Positions 55,601 through 64,000 of a stretch of DNA of 64,000 nt are shown here, piece by piece. How positions within the stretch are numbered: position 1 is the stretch's first letter; the number at the start of each line of letters is the position of its first letter. The position numbers and the translations under genes were made by a program. The stretch spans positions 18,662,001 through 18,726,000 of the forward strand of contig OZ024764.1 in assembly GCA_964016885.1 (NCBI GenBank), in the 5' to 3' direction. Below the pieces are notes generated by a model. It was not told the DNA's origin. It was given only the letters and a program-made list of their open reading frames with translations, and searched no databases. This stretch comes from Eledone cirrhosa. Its lineage: Eukaryota.

Positions 55601-58600
55601 GTCACAACAAAAAGTACCCAGTCCACACTGTAAAGTGGTCAAGTAGGTGTCACAACAAAAAGTACCCAGTCCACACTGTAAAGTGGACATGTAGGTGTCA
55701 TGACAAAAAGTACCCAGTCCACACTGTAAAGTGGTCATGTAGGTGTCACAACAAAAGTACCCAGTCCACACTGTAAAGTGGTCATGTAGGTGTCACCACA
55801 AAAAGTACCCAGTCCACACTGTAAAGTGGTCACGTAGGTGTCACAACAAAAAGTACCCAGTCCACCCTGTAAAGTGGTCATATAGGTGTCACAACAAAAA
55901 GTACCCAGTCCACCCTGTAAAGTGGTCATGTATGTGTCACAACAAAAAGTACCCAGTCCACACTGTAAAGTGGTCATGTATGTGTCACAACAAAAAGTAC
56001 CCAGTCCACACTTTAAAGTTGTCATGTAGGTGTCACAACAAAAAGTACCCAGTCCACACTGTAATGTGGTCATGCAGATTTCACACCAAAAAGTACCCAG
56101 TCCACACTGTAATGTGGTCATATAGGTGTCACAACAAAAAGTACCCAGTCCACACTGTAAAGTGGTCATGTAGGTGTCACAACAAAAAGTACCCAGTCCA
56201 CACTGTCAAGTGGTCATGTAGGTGTCACAACAAAAAGTACCTAGTCCACACTGTAAAGTGGTCATGTAGCTGTCACAACAAAAAGTACCCAGACCACACT
56301 GTAATGTGGTCATGCAGGTTTCACAACAAAAAGTACCCAGTCCACACTGTAATCTGGTCATATAGGTGTCACAACAAAAAGTACCCAGTCCACACTGTAA
56401 AGTGGTCATGTAGGTGTCACAACAAAAGTACCCAGTCCACACTGTAAAGTGGACATGTAGGTGTCATGACAAAAAGTACCCAGTCCACACTGTAAAGTGG
56501 TCATGTAGGTGTCACAACAAAAAGTACCAAGTCCACACTGTAAAGTGGTCATGTAGGTGTCACAACAAAAAGTACCCAGTCCACACTGTAAAGTGGTCAT
56601 GTAGGTGTCACAACAAAAAGTACCCAGTCCACACTGTAAAGTGATCATGTAGGTGTCACAACAAAATATACCCAGTCCACACTGTAAAGTGGTCATGTAG
56701 GTGTCACAACAAAAAGTACCCAGTCCACACTGTAAAGTGGTCATGTAGGTGTCACAACAAAAAGTACCCAGTCCACACTGTAAAGTGGTCATGTAGGTGT
56801 CACAACAAAAAGTACCCAGTCCACCCTGTAAAGTGGTCATATAGGTGTCACAACAAAAAGTACCCAGTCCACCCTGAAAATGGGTATTGTTTGTGTCACA
56901 ACAAAAAGTACCCAGTCCACACTGTAAAGTGGTCATGTATGTGTCACAACAAAAATTACCCAATCCACACTTTAAAGTGGTCATGTAGGTGTCACAACAA
57001 AAAGTACCCAATCCACACTGTAAAGAGGTCATGTTGGTGTCACAACAAAACGTACCCAGTCCACACTGTAAAGTGGTCATGTAGGTGTCACAACAAAAAG
57101 TACCCAGTCCACACTGTAAAGTGGTCATGTAGGTGTCACAACAAAAAGTACCCAGTCCACACTGTAAGGTGGTCATGTAGGTGTCACAACAAAATATACC
57201 CAGTCCACACTGTAAAGTGGTCATGTAGGTGTCACAACAAAAAGTACCCAGTCCACACTGTAAAGTGGTCATGTAGGTGTCACAACAAAAAGTACCCAAT
57301 CCACACTGTAAAGTGGTCATGTAGGTGTCACAACAAAAAGTACGCAGTCCACCCTGTAAAGTGGTCATATATGTGTCACAACAAAAAGTACCCAGTCCAC
57401 CCTGTAAAGTGGTCATGTATGTGTCACAACAAAAAGTACCCAGTCCACACTGTAAAGTGGTCATGTATGTGTCACAACAAAAAGTACCCAGTCCACACTG
57501 TAAAGTGGTCATGTATGTGTCACAACAAAAAGTACACAGTCCACACTGTAATGTGGTCATGTATGTGTCACAACAAAAATTACCCAATCCACACTTTAAA
57601 GTGGTCATGTAGGTGTCACAACAAAACGTACCCAATCCACACTGTAAAGAGGTCATGTTGGTGTCACAACAAAACGTACCCAGTCCACACTGTAAAGTGG
57701 TCATGTAGGTGTCACAACAAAAAGTACCCAATCCACACTGTAAAGTGGTCATGTAGGTGTCACAACAAAATATGCCCAGTCCACACTGTAAAGTGGTCAT
57801 GTAGGTGTCACAACAAAAAGTACCCAGTCCACCCTGTAAAGTGGTCATATATGTGTTACACCAAAAAGTACCCAGTCCACCCTGTAAAGTGGTCATGTAT
57901 GTGTCACAACAAAAAGTACCCAGTCCACACTGTAAAGTGGTCATGTATGTGTCACAACAAAAAGTACCCAGTCCACACTGTAAAGTGGTCATGTATGTGT
58001 CACAACAAAAAGTACCCAGTCCACACTTTAAAGTTGTCATGTAGGTGTCACAACAAAAAGTACCCAGTCCACACTGTAATGTGGTCATGCAGGTTTCACA
58101 CCAAAAAGTACCCAGTCCACACTGTAATGTGGTCATATAGGTGTCACAACAAAAAGTACCCAGTCCACACTGTAAAGTGGTCATGTAGGTGTCACAACAA
58201 AAGTACCCAGTCCACACTGTCAAGTGGCCATGTAGGTGTCACAACAAAAAGTACCCAGTCCACACTGTAAAGTGGTCATGTAGGTGTCACAACAAAAATA
58301 CCCAGTCCACACTGTAAAGTGGTCATATAGGTGTCACAACAAAAAGTACCCAGTCCACCCTGTAAAGTGGTCATGTATGTGTCACAACAAAAAGTACCGA
58401 GTCCACACTGTAAAGTGGTCATGTATGTGTCACAACAAAAAGTACCCAGTCCACACTTTAAAGTTGTCATGTAGGTGTCACAACAAAAAGTACCCAGTTC
58501 ACACTGTAATGTGGTCATGCAGGTTTCACACCAAAAAGTACCCAGTCCACACTGTAATGTGGTCATGTATGTGTCACAACAAAAATTACCCAATCCACAC

Positions 58601-61600
58601 TTTAAAGTGGTCATGTAGGTGTCACAACAAAAAGTACCCAATCCACACTGTAAAGAGGTCATGTTGGTGTCACAACAAAAAGTACCCAGTCCACACTGTA
58701 AAGTGGTCATGTAGGTGTCACAACAAAAGTACCCAGTCCACACTGTAAAGTGGTCATGTAGGTGTCACCACAAAAAGTACCCAGTCCACACTGTAAAGTG
58801 GTCACGTAGGTGTCACAACAAAAAGTACCCAGTCCACCCTGTAAAGTGGTCATATAGGTGTCACAACAAAAAGTACCCAGTTCACCCTGTAAAGTGGTCA
58901 TGTATGTGTCACAACAAAAAGTACCCAGTCCACACTGTAAAGTGGTCATGTATGTGTCACAACAAAAAGTACCCAGTCCACACTTTAAAGTTGTCATGTA
59001 GGTGTCACAACAAAAAGTACCCAGTCCACACTGTAATGTGGTCATGCAGATTTCACACCAAAAAGTACCCAGTCCACACTGTAATGTGGTCATATAGGTG
59101 TCACAACAAAAAGTACCCAGTCCACACTGTAAAGTGGTCATGTAGGTGTCACAACAAAAAGTACCCAGTCCACACTGTCAAGTGGTCATGTAGGTGTCAC
59201 AACAAAAAGTACCTAGTCCACACTGTAAAGTGGTCATGTAGCTGTCACAACAAAAAGTACCCAGTCCACACTGTAAAGTGGTCATGTAGGTGTCACAACA
59301 AAAAGTACCCAGTCCACACTGTAAAGTGGTCAAGTAGGTGTCACAACAAAAAGTACCCAGTCCACACTGTAAAGTGGACATGTAGGTGTCATGACAAAAA
59401 GTACCCAGTCCACACTGTAAAGTGGTCATGTAGGTGTCACAACAAAAGTACCCAGTCCACACTGTAAAGTGGTCATGTAGGTGTCACCACAAAAAGTACC
59501 CAGTCCACACTGTAAAGTGGTCACGTAGGTGTCACAACAAAAAGTACCCAGTCCACCCTGTAAAGTGGTCATATAGGTGTCACAACAAAAAGTACCCAGT
59601 CCACCCTGTAAAGTGGTCATGTATGTGTCACAACAAAAAGTACCCAGTCCACACTGTAAAGTGGTCATGTATGTGTCACAACAAAAAGTACCCAGTCCAC
59701 ACTTTAAAGTTGTCATGTAGGTGTCACAACAAAAAGTACCCAGTCCACACTGTAATGTGGTCATGCAGATTTCACACCAAAAAGTACCCAGTCCACACTG
59801 TAATGTGGTCATATAGGTGTCACAACAAAAAGTACCCAGTCCACACTGTAAAGTGGTCATGTAGGTGTCACAACAAAAAGTACCCAGTCCACACTGTCAA
59901 GTGGTCATGTAGGTGTCACAACAAAAAGTACCTAGTCCACACTGTAAAGTGGTCATGTAGCTGTCACAACAAAAAGTACCCAGACCACACTGTAATGTGG
60001 TCATGCAGGTTTCACAACAAAAAGTACCCAGTCCACACTGTAATCTGGTCATATAGGTGTCACAACAAAAAGTACCCAGTCCACACTGTAAAGTGGTCAT
60101 GTAGGTGTCACAACAAAAGTACCCAGTCCACACTGTAAAGTGGACATGTAGGTGTCATGACAAAAAGTACCCAGTCCACACTGTAAAGTGGTCATGTAGG
60201 TGTCACAACAAAAAGTACCAAGTCCACACTGTAAAGTGGTCATGTAGGTTTCACAACAAAAAGTACCCAGTCCACACTGTAAAGTGGTCATGTAGGTGTC
60301 ACAACAAAAAGTACCCAGTCCACACTGTAAAGTGATCATGTAGGTGTCACAACAAAATATACCCAGTCCACACTGTAAAGTGGTCATGTAGGTGTCACAA
60401 CAAAAAGTACCCAGTCCACACTGTAAAGTGGTCATGTAGGTGTCACAACAAAAAGTACCCAGTCCACACTGTAAAGTGGTCATGTAGGTGTCACAACAAA
60501 AAGTACCCAGTCCACCCTGTAAAGTGGTCATATAGGTGTCACAACAAAAAGTACCCAGTCCACCCTGAAAATGGGTATTGTTTGTGTCACAACAAAAAGT
60601 ACCCAGTCCACACTGTAAAGTGGTCATGTATGTGTCACAACAAAAATTACCCAATCCACACTTTAAAGTGGTCATGTAGGTGTCACAACAAAAAGTACCC
60701 AATCCACACTGTAAAGAGGTCATGTTGGTGTCACAACAAAACGTACCCAGTCCACACTGTAAAGTGGTCATGTAGGTGTCACAACAAAAAGTACCCAGTC
60801 CACACTGTAAAGTGGTCATGTAGGTGTCACAACAAAAAGTACCCAGTCCACACTGTAAGGTGGTCATGTAGGTGTCACAACAAAATATACCCAGTCCACA
60901 CTGTAAAGTGGTCATGTAGGTGTCACAACAAAAAGTACCCAGTCCACACTGTAAAGTGGTCATGTAGGTGTCACAACAAAAAGTACCCAATCCACACTGT
61001 AAAGTGGTCATGTAGGTGTCACAACAAAAAGTACGCAGTCCACCCTGTAAAGTGGTCATATATGTGTCACAACAAAAAGTACCCAGTCCACCCTGTAAAG
61101 TGGTCATGTATGTGTCACAACAAAAAGTACCCAGTCCACACTGTAAAGTGGTCATGTATGTGTCACAACAAAAAGTACCCAGTCCACACTGTAAAGTGGT
61201 CATGTATGTGTCACAACAAAAAGTACACAGTCCACACTGTAATGTGGTCATGTATGTGTCACAACAAAAATTACCCAATCCACACTTTAAAGTGGTCATG
61301 TAGGTGTCACAACAAAACGTACCCAATCCACACTGTAAAGAGGTCATGTTGGTGTCACAACAAAACGTACCCAGTCCACACTGTAAAGTGGTCATGTAGG
61401 TGTCACAACAAAAAGTACCCAATCCACACTGTAAAGTGGTCATGTAGGTGTCACAACAAAATATGCCCAGTCCACACTGTAAAGTGGTCATGTAGGTGTC
61501 ACAACAAAAAGTACCCAGTCCACCCTGTAAAGTGGTCATATATGTGTTACACCAAAAAGTACCCAGTCCACCCTGTAAAGTGGTCATGTATGTGTCACAA

Positions 61601-64000
61601 CAAAAAGTACCCAGTCCACACTGTAAAGTGGTCATGTATGTGTCACAACAAAAAGTACCCAGTCCACACTGTAAAGTGGTCATGTATGTGTCACAACAAA
61701 AAGTACCCAGTCCACACTTTAAAGTTGTCATGTAGGTGTCACAACAAAAAGTACCCAGTCCACACTGTAATGTGGTCATGCAGGTTTCACACCAAAAAGT
61801 ACCCAGTCCACACTGTAATGTGGTCATATAGGTGTCACAACAAAAAGTACCCAGTCCACACTGTAAAGTGGTCATGTAGGTGTCACAACAAAAGTACCCA
61901 GTCCACACTGTCAAGTGGCCATGTAGGTGTCACAACAAAAAGTACCCAGTCCACACTGTAAAGTGGTCATGTAGGTGTCACAACAAAAATACCCAGTCCA
62001 CACTGTAAAGTGGTCATATAGGTGTCACAACAAAAAGTACCCAGTCCACCCTGTAAAGTGGTCATGTATGTGTCACAACAAAAAGTACCGAGTCCACACT
62101 GTAAAGTGGTCATGTATGTGTCACAACAAAAAGTACCCAGTCCACACTTTAAAGTTGTCATGTAGGTGTCACAACAAAAAGTACCCAGTTCACACTGTAA
62201 TGTGGTCATGCAGGTTTCACACCAAAAAGTACCCAGTCCACACTGTAATGTGGTCATGTATGTGTCACAACAAAAATTACCCAATCCACACTTTAAAGTG
62301 GTCATGTAGGTGTCACAACAAAAAGTACCCAATCCACACTGTAAAGAGGTCATGTTGGTGTCACAACAAAAAGTACCCAGTCCACACTGTAAAGTGGTCA
62401 TGTAGGTGTCACAACAAAAGTACCCAGTCCACACTGTAAAGTGGTCATGTAGGTGTCACCACAAAAAGTACCCAGTCCACACTGTAAAGTGGTCACGTAG
62501 GTGTCACAACAAAAAGTACCCAGTCCACCCTGTAAAGTGGTCATATAGGTGTCACAACAAAAAGTACCCAGTTCACCCTGTAAAGTGGTCATGTATGTGT
62601 CACAACAAAAAGTACCCAGTCCACACTGTAAAGTGGTCATGTATGTGTCACAACAAAAAGTACCCAGTCCACACTTTAAAGTTGTCATGTAGGTGTCACA
62701 ACAAAAAGTACCCAGTCCACACTGTAATGTGGTCATGCAGATTTCACACCAAAAAGTACCCAGTCCACACTGTAATGTGGTCATATAGGTGTCACAACAA
62801 AAAGTACCCAGTCCACACTGTAAAGTGGTCATGTAGGTGTCACAACAAAAAGTACCCAGTCCACACTGTCAAGTGGTCATGTAGGTGTCACAACAAAAAG
62901 TACCTAGTCCACACTGTAAAGTGGTCATGTAGCTGTCACAACAAAAAGTACCCAGACCACACTGTAATGTGGTCATGCAGGTTTCACAACAAAAAGTACC
63001 CAGTCCACACTGTAATCTGGTCATATAGGTGTCACAACAAAAAGTACCCAGTCCACACTGTAAAGTGGTCATGTAGGTGTCACAACAAAAGTACCCAGTC
63101 CACACTGTAAAGTGGACATGTAGGTGTCATGACAAAAAGTACCCAGTCCACACTGTAAAGTGGTCATGTAGGTGTCACAACAAAAAGTACCAAGTCCACA
63201 CTGTAAAGTCGTAATGTAGGTGTCACAACAAAAAGTACCCAGTCCACACTGTAAAGTGGTCATGTAGGTGTCACAACAAAAAGTACCCAGTCCACACTGT
63301 AAAGTGATCATGTAGGTGTCACAACAAAATATACCCAGTCCACACTGTAAAGTGGTCATGTAGGTGTCACAACAAAAAGTACCCAGTCCACACTCTAAAG
63401 TGGTCATGTAGGTGTCACAACAAAAAGTACCCAGTCCACACTGTAAAGTGGTCATGTAGGTGTCACAACAAAAAGTACCCAGTCCACCCTGTAAAGTGGT
63501 CATATAGGTGTCACAACAAAAAGTACCCAGTCCACCCTGAAAATGGGTATTGTTTGTGTCACAACAAAAAGTACCCAGTCCACACTGTAAAGTGGTCATG
63601 TATGTGTCACAACAAAAATTACCCAATCCACACTTTAAAGTGGTCATGTAGGTGTCACAACAAAAAGTACCCAATCCACACTGTAAAGAGGTCATGTTGG
63701 TGTCACAACAAAACGTACCCAGTCCACACTGTAAAGTGGTCATGTAGGTGTCACAACAAAAAGTACCCAGTCCACACTGTAAAGTGGTCATGTAGGTGTC
63801 ACAACAAAAAGTACCCAGTCCACACTGTAAGGTGGTCATGTAGGTGTCACAACAAAATATACCCAGTCCACACTGTAAAGTGGTCATGTAGGTGTCACAA
63901 CAAAAAGTACCCAGTCCACACTGTAAAGTGGTCATGTAGGTGTCACAACAAAAAGTACCCAATCCACACTGTAAAGTGGTCATGTAGGTGTCACAACAAA
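55600..64000. repeat. Near-identical tandem duplication of 3691 bp (77 monomers minus 5 bp), followed by a third partial copy at offset 2972 bp
   Basis: ORF pairs 55735/59426, 56406/60097, 56891/60582, 58276/61967 and 58707/62398 all differ by 3691; the two 605-aa translations differ at a single residue that I could find. Pairs 59897/62869 and 60097/63069 differ by 2972. Confidence 0.93.

Larger units (their letters stand above)
1..64000. repeat. Tandem satellite array of a 48-bp monomer (consensus GTCACAACAAAAAGTACCCAGTCCACACTGTAAAGTGGTCATGTAGGT), ~1,330 head-to-tail copies, running off both window ends
   Basis: The monomer is readable on every line from base 1 to 64000 in the same orientation. 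Most copies differ from consensus by 0-3 substitutions, with occasional 1-3 bp indels. All ORF translations show a 16-aa period (48 bp). Confidence 0.99.

Noticed and set aside
1-64000. CRISPR array
   Set aside because: There are no unique spacers: the full 48 bp is repeated head-to-tail. No leader or cas genes are present.
1-64000. Telomeric repeat or G-quadruplex array
   Set aside because: There is no short telomere-type unit, and only one G3 run per 48 bp on the minus strand, too sparse for a canonical G4.
1-64000. Rolling-circle or concatemer amplification artefact of a single 48-mer
   Set aside because: Variants are heritable and hierarchically ordered across multi-kb duplications, which fits an evolved genomic array rather than random polymerase or sequencing errors.
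1-64000. Programmed diversification system (DGR, antigenic-variation cassettes, integron attC or recombinase-site array)
   Set aside because: No reverse transcriptase, recombinase or cassette ORFs are present, and variation is not adenine-specific. The pattern is explained by point mutation plus duplication.
1-64000. Embedded transposon, tRNA/rRNA, promoter or terminator, or strand switch
   Set aside because: I saw no non-monomer sequence longer than ~15 bp and no reverse-orientation monomers anywhere in the window.

Overview
The whole 64 kb window is one uninterrupted, single-orientation tandem satellite array of about 1,330 copies of a 48-bp monomer. The consensus is GTCACAACAAAAAGTACCCAGTCCACACTGTAAAGTGGTCATGTAGGT (21/48 G+C, no CpG). 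I see no unique sequence, genuine gene, RNA gene, transposon or CRISPR spacer. The many long ORFs arise because 48 is divisible by 3 and one frame per strand lacks a stop; they are repeatedly broken by indel and stop variants and are not called as CDS. The informative signal is in the monomer variants: (i) recurring ordered cassettes of variant monomers suggesting an older ~23-monomer higher-order repeat; (ii) recent multi-kb block duplications (offsets about 1104, 1915, 2208, 3643, 4273 with a nested 960, and 3691/2972 bp); (iii) regional layering of diagnostic variants; (iv) a CG/CA/TG/TA variant series consistent with methyl-CpG decay; (v) several variants that perfect inverted repeats, including a six-copy, multiply substituted monomer that looks like a template-switch product. 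This most resembles eukaryotic heterochromatic satellite DNA. I cannot assign a species or named family, and I find no evidence for a new protein-coding system. All offsets and counts were derived by eye from the sequence and ORF track.
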